NCBI GenBank assembly: GCA_038117225.1
Contig: JAYOFM010000004.1
Coordinates: forward strand, 277 to 64,276
Reading direction: 5' to 3'
Length of the DNA: 64,000 nucleotides
Origin: Rhodospirillales bacterium
GTDB taxonomy: Bacteria > Pseudomonadota > Alphaproteobacteria > Rhodospirillales > Casp-alpha2
This document shows positions 37,744-46,600 of the stretch, in pieces (position 1 is the first letter of the stretch; each line of letters begins with the position of its first letter). The notes below the pieces were generated by a model. That model was not told where the DNA came from, did not search any database, and was given only the letters and a program-made list of their open reading frames with translations. Both the position numbers and the translations under genes were made by a program.

Positions 37744-39294
37744 CTACGGCATGACGGCTTCGATCAGGTAGGGACCCGGCGTGGCGATCCCGCGCGCCAA
37801 CGCGGTCTCGAAGCCGGCCGCGTCATCGACCCGTTCGGCCGCGACGCCCATGCCGGCGGCAAGATGAACCCAGTCCAGGTCCGGACGATCGAGGGTCAGC
37901 ATATCCATGGCCGACGGTCCCGGGTTGGCGACGCCGACATTGGTCATCTCGCCGAGCAGAATTTTATATGTCCGATTGGCGAACAGCACGGTGGTGACAT
38001 CCAGGCCCTCGCGGGCCTGCGTCCACAGCGCCTGCAGGGTGTACATGGCCGAACCGTCGGATTGCAGCGCCAGCACCTTGCGATCGGGCGCCGCCACCGC
38101 CGCGCCGGTGGCCAGCGGCAGGCCGGTGCCGATGGCGCCGCCGGTGTTCTGCAACCAGTCGTGCCGCGGCGATCCCTCGGTATATTCCAGCAGCTTGCGG
38201 CCCGAGGTAATGCTTTCATCGGCGATGATGGCGTTTTCGGGAATCGCCCGGCCGATGAGAATACCGAGGGTTTCCGGATCGAGAACAGACGTCGTCAACG
38301 GGAAATCCCGTGGCGCGGCGAGCACCGGTGCCGCGCCGCCGGCGTCCAGCGCGTCGACCAAGGCGGCGAGCGCCGCCACGCCATCTTCCTCGGGCGCCGT
38401 CAGTGTCGTCACGTCGCAGGTGTCCGGCAGCAGGCGGCCCGGCTTGCCCGGGTAGGCGAAGAAGCCGACCGGCTCCTTGGCGCCGACCAGCACCATGTCA
38501 CGGAAATCGGCCAGTATGGCGCGCGCCTGATCGACCACATAGGGCACGCGGTTTACCGGCACGCGTCCCGCGCCACGGGCGATGCGGCGGTTCGACGTCG
38601 GCATCAGCAACGCCGCCCCGGTCTTGGCGGCGATGCGGCCGGCGAGGTCAAGCCCTTGCTCGCTCAGCGCCGCGCCGGTCAGCAGCAGCGCCGCCTTGGG
38701 ACTGTCGCGCAGCACCCGCGCCGCGGCGTCGATGGTATCCCTCGACGGCACCGGTGGCGCTGGCGGCGCCTTGATGACCGCGTCGGCGGCGGCGCCTTCG
38801 TCCCAGGCGGCGTCGCCGGGCAGGATCAGCGTGGCGATGCGCCCCGGATAAGTGGTGGCCATGCGGATGGCCGTCGCGGTATCGGCGGCGACGGTTTTCG
38901 GCCCGGTCGCGGTGCCGACCCAATCGGACACCGGCCGCGCGATACCGGCGATGTCCGATGTCAGCGGCGCGTCGTACTTGATATGATAGCTGGCGTGCTC
39001 GCCGACCACGTTGACCATCGGCGTGTTGGCGCGGCGCGCGTTGTGGATATTGGCGAGACCGTTGGCCAGGCCCGACCCCAGGTGCAGCAGGGTCACCGCC
39101 GGCTTGCCGGTAATGCGGGCATAGCCATCGGCGGCGCCGGTGACGACGTTTTCCTGCAGCCCCAGCACGCAGCGCAATTCCGGATGGCGATCGAGCGCGG
39201 CGACGAAATGCATTTCCGAGGTTCCCGGGTTGGCGAAACACACCTCGATGCCGCCGGCGATCAAGGTCCGTACCAGGCTTTCGGCTCCGATCAT
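37744..39294 (-). CDS. thiamine-pyrophosphate-dependent enzyme (acetolactate synthase / benzoylformate decarboxylase-like)
   Basis: 516 aa. N-terminal FANPGTSEMHF...GAADGYARITGKPAV...LANGLANIHNA pyrimidine-binding domain and a C-terminal TPP-binding domain (GAIGTGLPLATGAA...SDGSAMY). GAGGAAAAA is the RBS. Confidence 0.85.
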   Translation of the reverse strand: MIGAESLVRTLIAGGIEVCFANPGTSEMHFVAALDRHPELRCVLGLQENVVTGAADGYARITGKPAVTLLHLGSGLANGLANIHNARRANTPMVNVVGEHASYHIKYDAPLTSDIAGIARPVSDWVGTATGPKTVAADTATAIRMATTYPGRIATLILPGDAAWDEGAAADAVIKAPPAPPVPSRDTIDAAARVLRDSPKAALLLTGAALSEQGLDLAGRIAAKTGAALLMPTSNRRIARGAGRVPVNRVPYVVDQARAILADFRDMVLVGAKEPVGFFAYPGKPGRLLPDTCDVTTLTAPEEDGVAALAALVDALDAGGAAPVLAAPRDFPLTTSVLDPETLGILIGRAIPENAIIADESITSGRKLLEYTEGSPRHDWLQNTGGAIGTGLPLATGAAVAAPDRKVLALQSDGSAMYTLQALWTQAREGLDVTTVLFANRTYKILLGEMTNVGVANPGPSAMDMLTLDRPDLDWVHLAAGMGVAAERVDDAAGFETALARGIATPGPYLIEAVMP

Positions 39295-39392
39295 GATTTT
39301 TCCTCGTGTTACGCCGCTCGTCTTGCTTCGTAAGCTTTGCTATGAACACATCGGCCGCGCAAGGCCCGATCAGTTTCAAGGAAACGCACGGA

Positions 39393-40565
39393 ATGCCGCA
39401 CACAGCAGCCGCCATCGACAGGCTCGGCACGGAATCAGCCTTCTCGGTGCTCGCCCGCGCCACCGCCCTCGCCGCCCAGGGCAGGGACATCATCAATCTC
39501 GGCATCGGCCAGCCGGATTTCCAGACGCCGGACCACATCGTCGAGGCCGCCGTCAAGGCGCTGCGTGATGGCCACCACGGCTATACCCCGGCGAACGGCG
39601 TCCCGGAGCTGCGCCGAGCGGTCGCCGCCGACATCGCCCGCCACCGCGGCGTCGAGGTCGATCCCGATCACGTCATCATCGTTCCCGGTGGCAAGGTCAC
39701 CATGTTCTTCGCCATTCTGATGTTCGGCGAACCGAGGGCGGAGATCATCTACCCCAATCCGGGCTTCCCCATCTATGAAAGCATGATCGGGTTTTCCGGC
39801 GCCAAACCGGTCCCGATGCCGTTGCACGAAGCCAATGACTTTTCGTTTTCGGCCGAGGAGGTGCTCGGCCTGATCACGCCGGCGACGCGATTGCTGATCC
39901 TCAACAGCCCGGCCAATCCGACCGGCGGCGCCGTGCCGAAGCAGGAAATGGACGCCCTCGCCGAGGGTCTGGAGCGCCACCCCCATGTCGCCATCCTGTC
40001 CGACGAGATCTACAGCCGCATGCTCTATGATGGCCGCGAACACGCCAGCCTGCTTGCCTACCCGCACCTGCGGGACCGGGTCATCCTGCTCGACGGCTGG
40101 TCGAAGACCTACGCCATGACCGGCTGGCGGCTCGGCTACGCGGTGTGGCCGGAAGCCCTGGTCGATGCGGCGACGCGGCTGTGCATCAACAGCCACAGTT
40201 GCGTCAACGCGCCGACCCAATGGGCCGGCGTCGCCGCGCTGGAAGGCCCGCAGGACGCGGTCGACGCCATGATGACGGCGTTCGCCGAACGGCGCCGCGT
40301 CATCCTCACGGAACTCAATCAGATTCCCGGTTTTCGCTGTGCCGAGCCGGGCGGCGCGTTCTACACCTTCCCCAATATTGAAGGCACCGGTCTCGGCGCC
40401 ACCCAACTTCAGGACAAGCTGTTGAACGACGCCGGCGTCGCCACCCTGTCCGGCACCAGCTTCGGCAGCATGGGTGAAGGCTATATCCGCATTTCCTACG
40501 CCAACTCGGCCGAAAACATCCGCGAAGCCGCCAAGCGCATCCGCGCCTGTCTCGGTGACGCCTAA
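39393..40565 (+). CDS. class I/II PLP-dependent aminotransferase
   Basis: ...INLGIGQPDFQTP...NSPANPTG...DEIYSRMLY...SKTYAMTGWRLGY (PLP-Lys motif). Start 39393, with alternatives 39306 and 39342. Confidence 0.85.
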   Translation: MPHTAAAIDRLGTESAFSVLARATALAAQGRDIINLGIGQPDFQTPDHIVEAAVKALRDGHHGYTPANGVPELRRAVAADIARHRGVEVDPDHVIIVPGGKVTMFFAILMFGEPRAEIIYPNPGFPIYESMIGFSGAKPVPMPLHEANDFSFSAEEVLGLITPATRLLILNSPANPTGGAVPKQEMDALAEGLERHPHVAILSDEIYSRMLYDGREHASLLAYPHLRDRVILLDGWSKTYAMTGWRLGYAVWPEALVDAATRLCINSHSCVNAPTQWAGVAALEGPQDAVDAMMTAFAERRRVILTELNQIPGFRCAEPGGAFYTFPNIEGTGLGATQLQDKLLNDAGVATLSGTSFGSMGEGYIRISYANSAENIREAAKRIRACLGDA

Positions 40566-40602
40566 CCGTGTTAGACTTCAAGCCCCCTTCAGGAGAGCGA
40601 CG

Positions 40603-41895
40603 ATGACCGAAATGCGAAGCCAAGCCGACTACTACGCCTCCGCCGAAGACACCCTGCCGGGCGCGGGCCTCGGCGCCTACAAGCTGGCCGACGACGTGCG
40701 CTTCATCGTCAAGCGCGGCGAGGGATCGAAGCTCGAGGACATGGACGGCAATACCTACATCGATTACGTCTGCGGCGCCGGCGCCATGATCCTCGGCAAT
40801 GCCAACCCGGCCGTGGTCGCGGCGGCGCAGGCGCGGATGGCCGACGGCTTTCATTTCTTCGGCACCCTCAATAACGCCTGCATCGAACTGGCGCGGGAAC
40901 TGGCCGACGCCATCCCGTGCGCCGAACGGGTCGTCTTCTCGACCACCGGCGGCGAGGCGACGTTCTATGTCATGCGCATGGCGCGCGCCTTCACGGGGCG
41001 GAACAAGGTCCTCAAGTTCGAAGGCGGCTACCACGGCAACCACGACTATTCGCAGATTGCCATCTCACCGAAGGCGCTGTCGAATTACCCGTCGGGCCGG
41101 CCGGAAACCGGCGGCATCCCCGACGTGCTGCCGTCGACGGTGCTGATCGCGCCGTATAACGACCTGGAGGTGGTGCGCAAGCTGGTCGAGGAAAACCGCG
41201 ATGATCTGGCGTGCGTCATCGTCGAGCCGGTGCAGCGGATCATCTGGCCGGCGCCCGGGTTTCTGGAGGGCCTGCGCAAGATTTGCGACGACAACGGCGT
41301 GCTGCTGGCGTTCGACGAAGTGGTCACCGGGTTCCGCCTCGCCTACGGCGGCGCGCAGGAAAAATTCGGCGTCATCCCCGACCTCGCGGCCTACGGCAAG
41401 GTGGTCGGCGGCGGCGCGCATCTGGGCGCCGTCGCGGGCCGCGCCGATATCATCGATCTGGCCAATCCGGCCAACAAGGCGGAACCGACCTACGCCCAGG
41501 TCAACGGCACCCTGCATGGCAATCCGCTGGCCTCCGTGATCGGCCAGGCGACGCTCGCGGAACTCAAGAAGCCCGGCACCTACGCCGCCCTCGACGCCAA
41601 GGGCGACAGCCTGCGCAAGGAATTGCAGGCGGTCCTCGATCGCCGCGGCCTGCCCGCCGTGTGTTGCGGTGGCGGCTCGTTCTGGCAGATCCTGTTCCTC
41701 GGACAGGCGCCGCGCACCTATGCCGACATGCTCGACGTCGACACCGCCCGCACCAAGGCGCTCGACGAAGCCTTGATCAAGGAAGGCATTTACGTGTTGC
41801 CAAACGTGCGCCGCTTCGTCTCCGCCGCCCACACCGACGCCGACATCGAAGCCACCGCCAAGGCCCTCGACGCCGCCTGCCGGCGGGTCGGCTGA
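40603..41895 (+). CDS. class III aminotransferase (glutamate-1-semialdehyde aminomutase-like)
   Basis: 430 aa from ATG 40603 (AGGAGA upstream). ...DYVCGAGAMILGNANP...STTGGEATFYVMRMARAFTGR...FDEVVTGFR... Confidence 0.85.
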   Translation: MTEMRSQADYYASAEDTLPGAGLGAYKLADDVRFIVKRGEGSKLEDMDGNTYIDYVCGAGAMILGNANPAVVAAAQARMADGFHFFGTLNNACIELARELADAIPCAERVVFSTTGGEATFYVMRMARAFTGRNKVLKFEGGYHGNHDYSQIAISPKALSNYPSGRPETGGIPDVLPSTVLIAPYNDLEVVRKLVEENRDDLACVIVEPVQRIIWPAPGFLEGLRKICDDNGVLLAFDEVVTGFRLAYGGAQEKFGVIPDLAAYGKVVGGGAHLGAVAGRADIIDLANPANKAEPTYAQVNGTLHGNPLASVIGQATLAELKKPGTYAALDAKGDSLRKELQAVLDRRGLPAVCCGGGSFWQILFLGQAPRTYADMLDVDTARTKALDEALIKEGIYVLPNVRRFVSAAHTDADIEATAKALDAACRRVG

Positions 41896-41992
41896 CGGCA
41901 ACGGGTCTCGACGCATGCTATTTTATGCGGATACTACGTATTGCACTGCAACATGACAGTGCTACGAGGCGCCTCCCCTAGCCCAGACCGGA

Positions 41993-42415
41993 GTGATTGC
42001 CTTGAACGTCCGCACCGTAAAACTTACCCTGCCCTGCCTCGCGGCGGCGCTGCTTTCCGGGTGCGGGATCGTTCCCGTCGCTTTCTCCGCCGGCCACATG
42101 GCCGCCAATGGCCTCAGCTATGTCACCACTGGCAAAAGCACCACCGATCATCTGGTCTCGGGCCTGACCGGCGACGACTGCGCACTGCACCGGGCCTTGG
42201 CTGACCGCCCGGTCTGCGACGCGGGCCCCGACGATGTGGCCGCGCTTCACGACGCTGGGGATCCCTTGCTCGGCCGCGCCCGGTCAGTTCACCGGACCGA
42301 CAGCCGATATGGCGGCAATCGTTCCAATGCTTGGCGCGCCGTGCAGAATGTCGGCATCATGGACCAACATGCCGACGTGTTCGACCGAGCCGACCGCTCC
42401 ATCACCGGTTTTTAG
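41993..42415 (+). CDS. small putative lipoprotein, paralog 1
   Basis: Lipobox LLSGC. Shares ...G(L/F)SY..TGK.T.DHL.SGLTG.DCA..R....PVC with the next gene. Start GTG 41993 or TTG 42001. The C-terminal 60 aa are uncertain. Confidence 0.5.
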   Translation: MIALNVRTVKLTLPCLAAALLSGCGIVPVAFSAGHMAANGLSYVTTGKSTTDHLVSGLTGDDCALHRALADRPVCDAGPDDVAALHDAGDPLLGRARSVHRTDSRYGGNRSNAWRAVQNVGIMDQHADVFDRADRSITGF

Positions 42416-42504
42416 GGTTCGCTTGTTTCCCTAAGGTGCGTCATGGCGCGCGGCGTGACCGCAAGATATGCTGCATTCGCATTGTGTGATCGGAGCCAGA
42501 ACAC

Positions 42505-42786
42505 GTGAGCAAGCACATCATTCGGCCGGTCTACCGGTCCATCGTCGTCACCCTTGCAGTATGGGGCTTGTCCGCCTGCGCCGGCGTTCCCGTCGCCGTT
42601 ACGGCGGGCACAATCGCCGTCGACGGCTTCAGCTACGCCGCCACCGGCAAGGGCACGGCGGATCACTTGATATCCGGATTGACCGGCGAGGACTGCGCCA
42701 TGCTGCGCGGCTTCAACGATAAACCCGTGTGCCGTCCCAATACGTCGACATTGCTGGCCGACGCGGGCACCGCCCCGATGGGGTGA
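42505..42786 (+). CDS. small putative lipoprotein, paralog 2
   Basis: GTG start, lipobox GLSAC. About 55 aa align closely with paralog 1. Confidence 0.5.
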   Translation: MSKHIIRPVYRSIVVTLAVWGLSACAGVPVAVTAGTIAVDGFSYAATGKGTADHLISGLTGEDCAMLRGFNDKPVCRPNTSTLLADAGTAPMG

Positions 42787-42946
42787 TGGTTCCGGTGTCA
42801 GCGGGCATGCGGACGCTACCATCCGCCGCCCAAGCCAATCCGACGCCACAGCCGACCATTGCGTCGATCATGCGCGGGCATCTTCGCGCCTTCAACATGG
42901 CCAACGGCATCAAACCGGCGAACTGACAGCCGGCCCAAAGCCGAAA

Positions 42947-43831
42947 TCAGTGATTCAGCAGCATCGGGATCGGCGACCCATTGAGCATCTCGTAGGTCGT
43001 GCCGCCGAGGATGCGTTCGCGTAGTCGCGATTGCCCATAGGCCCCCATGATAATCAGATCGACCTCCAGTTTACGTGCCTCACCGATGATGACATCGGCC
43101 AACGCATGGGAGGTATCGTCGATCCGCACCACGTCGGCATGAATGTCGTGGCGTGCCAGATGCTCCGTGATGCCGGAACCCGGTTCGCCGCCGTGCTGAT
43201 CGGGTTTCAGATTGATGGCCAGGATGTGCACGCTGTCGGCGTTGCGCGTGAAGGGTCGGGAATTGTGAATGGCGCGAGTCGCCAGAGGACTGCGGTCCCA
43301 GGCGATCATCACCCGCCGGCCGACCCCGAGGTCCTTGGCGGCGGTCGGCACCACGAGAACCGGATGGCCGACGGAAAGAATCAAATGGTCGGTCACCGTC
43401 TCGCCGAACCGGCGCGCGCTGTCGGGGCCCGGCTGACCGACGATCGCGACATCCGAAAACCTCGCTTCGTGGGTCAACACGTCCATCAGCGCGCCCGTGT
43501 CGCTGGTCCAATTGTGCTTGATGCCCGCCTCGTTCGCCGCTTCGAGGAATCGATCACGCGCCGCCTCGGCGGCAAAACGCGCGTGCTCCTGGTGGGCGTT
43601 CTCTAGATCGTGCGCTTTTCTGTCGAAATCCTGCAACGAACGGCCGCCAAAATCTGGTACGGCGTAGTTCGCCGGCGCCCTCGTCGCCGGCGCCGGTCCG
43701 GTATTTTTCGAACCGACATAAAGTCCCGTCAGGTGGGCGTCGTGGGTGGATGCCAAGCGGATGGCGTAATCCTGCCGAACGGCACCGTTGGTGCTGTTAT
43801 CGGCATGCAACATAATGTCCTTGAGCGGCAT
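42947..43831 (-). CDS. universal stress protein (tandem Usp domains)
   Basis: 294 aa with two Usp halves, ending ...DLIIMGAYGQSRLRERILGGTTYEMLNGSPIPMLLNH. Confidence 0.8.
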   Translation of the reverse strand: MPLKDIMLHADNSTNGAVRQDYAIRLASTHDAHLTGLYVGSKNTGPAPATRAPANYAVPDFGGRSLQDFDRKAHDLENAHQEHARFAAEAARDRFLEAANEAGIKHNWTSDTGALMDVLTHEARFSDVAIVGQPGPDSARRFGETVTDHLILSVGHPVLVVPTAAKDLGVGRRVMIAWDRSPLATRAIHNSRPFTRNADSVHILAINLKPDQHGGEPGSGITEHLARHDIHADVVRIDDTSHALADVIIGEARKLEVDLIIMGAYGQSRLRERILGGTTYEMLNGSPIPMLLNH

Positions 43832-44169
43832 GAGATTCTCTTTTTCTGTTTCGTTCCTTAGGCTTTGTCCACACGGTTATTATGGTATCGACCCCGCGAT
43901 GGCCTATCGTACCGCCTCAAGCATGCGCATGCCACGGCCGGCCGGGCAAGATTACTGGAACATTCGTCATACAGGCCATGAATTGACGTCATGATCGGCG
44001 CCAGCCGTCCAGGATGCCAGGATACGGCGCATTGATGCCGATCGCGACCTCACGGTACAAATTGGCCAAATTGTCACTCATGGCGGTGACCACGGACTCG
44101 CCGCGGGTTTCTAAGGACATTTGAAGGCGCCTACCCTCATCGACGACCATTTTCATCAGGAGTAGAACC

Positions 44170-44583
44170 ATGAAACCAAGAATCGTCAGGGCCAACGAAG
44201 GAGTCACCAAGATCGCCCCGGCCGACAAATTCGTCGGCCAGGTGTTGCAGGATCAGGTCTTCGTGCCGGAAGATCCGTCGCGCATGCGCGTCACCCGGGT
44301 CACCTTCACGCCGGGCGGGCGCACCAACTGGCACGCCCACGCGGTCGGCCAGGTGCTGTACGTGCTGTCCGGCGTCGGCCGCTACCAACTGGACGGTCAC
44401 CCGGTGGCCGAAATCCGCCCCGGCGACAGCGTCGTCATTCCGCCCCAGACTCGCCACTGGCACGGCGCCGCGCCGGACCAGATGATGTGTCACCTGGCGC
44501 TGTCGGAATCCGACGACACCGGCGCCGCCACCGAATGGCTGGAACCGGTCAGCGAGGAGGACTACGCAGCGGCGCCGGCCTAG
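44170..44583 (+). CDS. cupin-domain protein
   Basis: Cupin motifs PGGRTNWHAH and GDSVVIPPQTRHWHG. AGGAG is the RBS. Confidence 0.8.
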   Translation: MKPRIVRANEGVTKIAPADKFVGQVLQDQVFVPEDPSRMRVTRVTFTPGGRTNWHAHAVGQVLYVLSGVGRYQLDGHPVAEIRPGDSVVIPPQTRHWHGAAPDQMMCHLALSESDDTGAATEWLEPVSEEDYAAAPA

Positions 44584-44700
44584 AACGGCCCTCCCCTCCC
44601 ATAGAGCGGCGGGCACGGACCTGAGGGAGATCAATGACCTGGGTGGAGGGGCCGTCTAGGCTGAGTCGTTGCCCCATCAATCGCAAACCCAGGAGGCATC

Positions 44701-45552
44701 ATGAAACGGCTATTGGTTCCGATGCTCGGTGACAACCTGGATGATGCCGCGCTCAGCGCCGCCGCGGCGGTCGCCCGGAAGGGCGGCGGTCATATCGATG
44801 CCCGCTTGTTTCGACGCAATCCCATCGACGCCATTCCCCATATGGGGGAGGCCGCGAGTACCGCGGCCGTCAACGGTTTTCTGGAGGCCGCGCAAGAGGT
44901 CGCGAGGGAATGCCTCGAAACCGCTCGGACCACGTTCGAGACTTGGAGTACGAGAGAGCAAATCACTGTCGGCGAGGGCATCGCCGACACGGTCACGTCG
45001 GCGAATTTTCGAGAGATCGTCGGCCCTCTTCACGACACGCTCATCGGACCGGTCCGCCTGGCCGATATGTGTATTCTCGCGCCGACTCCAAGCGACGAAC
45101 GCGTCGACCGGGAAATGATCATGCACGCGGCGCTGTTTGAATCCGGCCGGCCGGTCCTGGTGGCGCCGGCCGTCGCTCCACAGGGAATCGGCCGGCGGAT
45201 CGTGGTGGCGTGGAACGGATCGCAAGAGGCCGCGCGCGCCGTCGCGGTGGCCATGCCGCTGCTACAGGCGGCCGAGGCGGTCTTCGTGGTCACCGCGCGC
45301 GTGGATGACGACGCGCCCAGCCCCACCGATCTGGTGAGAACATTGGAAATCAACGGGATCCAGGCATCGGGGTCGACGGTCACCGCCACGGACGACGTCG
45401 CGGCGGTTCTGGTGGCCGAAGCGCGGAAGCTCAACGCCGATCTGTTGGTGATTGGCGCCTACAGCCACAGCCGACTGCGCGAATTCGTCCTTGGCGGCGT
45501 AACCCGCGACCTCATTGAAAGCGTCGAACTGCCGGTTCTGATGGTGCATTGA
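44701..45552 (+). CDS. universal stress protein (tandem Usp domains)
   Basis: 283 aa, ending ...DLLVIGAYSHSRLREFVLGGVTRDLIESVELPVLMVH. AGGAGG is the RBS. Confidence 0.8.
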   Translation: MKRLLVPMLGDNLDDAALSAAAAVARKGGGHIDARLFRRNPIDAIPHMGEAASTAAVNGFLEAAQEVARECLETARTTFETWSTREQITVGEGIADTVTSANFREIVGPLHDTLIGPVRLADMCILAPTPSDERVDREMIMHAALFESGRPVLVAPAVAPQGIGRRIVVAWNGSQEAARAVAVAMPLLQAAEAVFVVTARVDDDAPSPTDLVRTLEINGIQASGSTVTATDDVAAVLVAEARKLNADLLVIGAYSHSRLREFVLGGVTRDLIESVELPVLMVH

Positions 45553-45826
45553 GCCGCCGACCGGGGCCACCATGGCCCCGACCCGCTCGCCCCGTGCGGC
45601 GTGGATCGCGGGCTGACAGCCGGTCATGGATGCGTTAAACGTTACGATCCAACCACCATCCTTGGACGCCTTCATGAGGAAATCGAGCGCCTAGCTGGTT
45701 CATGGGGATTAAGGGATGCGATATTGGCCCATGCGATCTTCGTTGAACATTCGCGCCTTCGTCGCCGACGCCATTCGCGCTATGACTGGATGTAAGGGGT
45801 AACGTCTTGATTACCGAAGCAATTCA

Positions 45827-46450
45827 ATGACGAAACGGGATCGCATATTATTCACGGACGACGACGACGCCGTATTGAATGCGTTGCGCGAAAACCTTCA
45901 AGGCATGGCGGGCGAGTGGGACATGGCCTTCGCCCATGGTGGCGAGGAGGCCTTGGCGCGATTGCGGGAAGGTAACTTCAGCGTCATCGTCTCCAATCTC
46001 GATAACCGGATCATGGACGGCGAGACATTGATGGATCGGGTGCGCCAGGAAGCACCCGAGGCCGCGCGCGTGATCCTGTCGTCGCGCCCCGACGTGGCGC
46101 GCCTGCATCGCGTCGCCGATGACGAGCATTTCTATCTGCGCAAGGGATGTTCGTTCGAAGAGTTTGTCTCCGCGATCCGTGATGCCTGTGAGTTGCATCG
46201 TTGGATGCGGGAGCATCCGCGCCCGATGTCGACCGACGATATCAAGGAAATCTTGATCGACTTCTTCTCCAATCAACTTCTGCGGCAACATTTGACACTC
46301 CAGGACGTCCCGGAGCGCCTGCGTCCACATATTTCGCGCGAAATCCTCGACATCGTCGCACCGGTCGCGTCCGATCGTCTCGACGTCGCCGAACCGAGGA
46401 TGCGCGACGACTCATGGGTAAAGGAATCCGGCTGGCCCGACGATATTTGA
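45827..46450 (+). CDS. receiver-domain protein with Asn at the phospho-acceptor position and an uncharacterised C-terminal region
   Basis: ILFTDDDD...FSVIVSNLDNRIMDGE...RVILSS...YLRKG matches REC landmarks, except SN where SD is expected. Confidence 0.7.
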   Translation: MTKRDRILFTDDDDAVLNALRENLQGMAGEWDMAFAHGGEEALARLREGNFSVIVSNLDNRIMDGETLMDRVRQEAPEAARVILSSRPDVARLHRVADDEHFYLRKGCSFEEFVSAIRDACELHRWMREHPRPMSTDDIKEILIDFFSNQLLRQHLTLQDVPERLRPHISREILDIVAPVASDRLDVAEPRMRDDSWVKESGWPDDI

Positions 46451-46547
46451 CCCGCTGCCGCCTGAGCGGCGCGATACCGGGGCGCGAGGCCGTGCGCGTT
46501 TTTGATATCTCATGGACAACTATTCCCGCTGGCCTTGCGGATTTCGG

Positions 46548-46575
46548 TTGACTCTTCTTGAATATGTTCTATATT
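46548..46575 (+). promoter_or_regulatory. sigma70-like promoter candidate
   Basis: TTGACT (46548-46553), 16-nt spacer, TATATT (46570-46575). It sits in a locally AT-rich stretch 25 nt upstream of AGGAGG and ATG 46601. Confidence 0.4.
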
Positions 46576-46600
46576 TGTTCCTTTCGTTATAGGAGGCGTT

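Noticed and set aside
43983-43996. TTGACGTCATGATC, with the perfect palindrome TGACGTCA, upstream of the Usp gene. Considered as an FNR/FixK or CRP-type box.
   Set aside because: It does not fit TTGAT-N4-ATCAA, because the right half is GATC rather than TCAA. A single 8-mer palindrome is weak evidence.
43989-44228. 79-aa minus-strand ORF, or a 43-55-aa internal version (MSLETRGESVVTAMSDNLANLYREVAIG...), divergent from the cupin gene.
   Set aside because: The long form overlaps the cupin start and its RBS. The short form has no clear RBS or recognisable family. Codon bias alone is insufficient.
45553-45826. 274-nt gap downstream of the Usp gene, with a 64-aa plus ORF and a 137-aa minus ORF (MKASKDGGWIVTFNASMTGCQ...). 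Considered as a gene remnant.
   Set aside because: The plus ORF has weak third-position bias. The minus ORF runs about 290 nt antisense into the Usp gene. No family motif was recognised.
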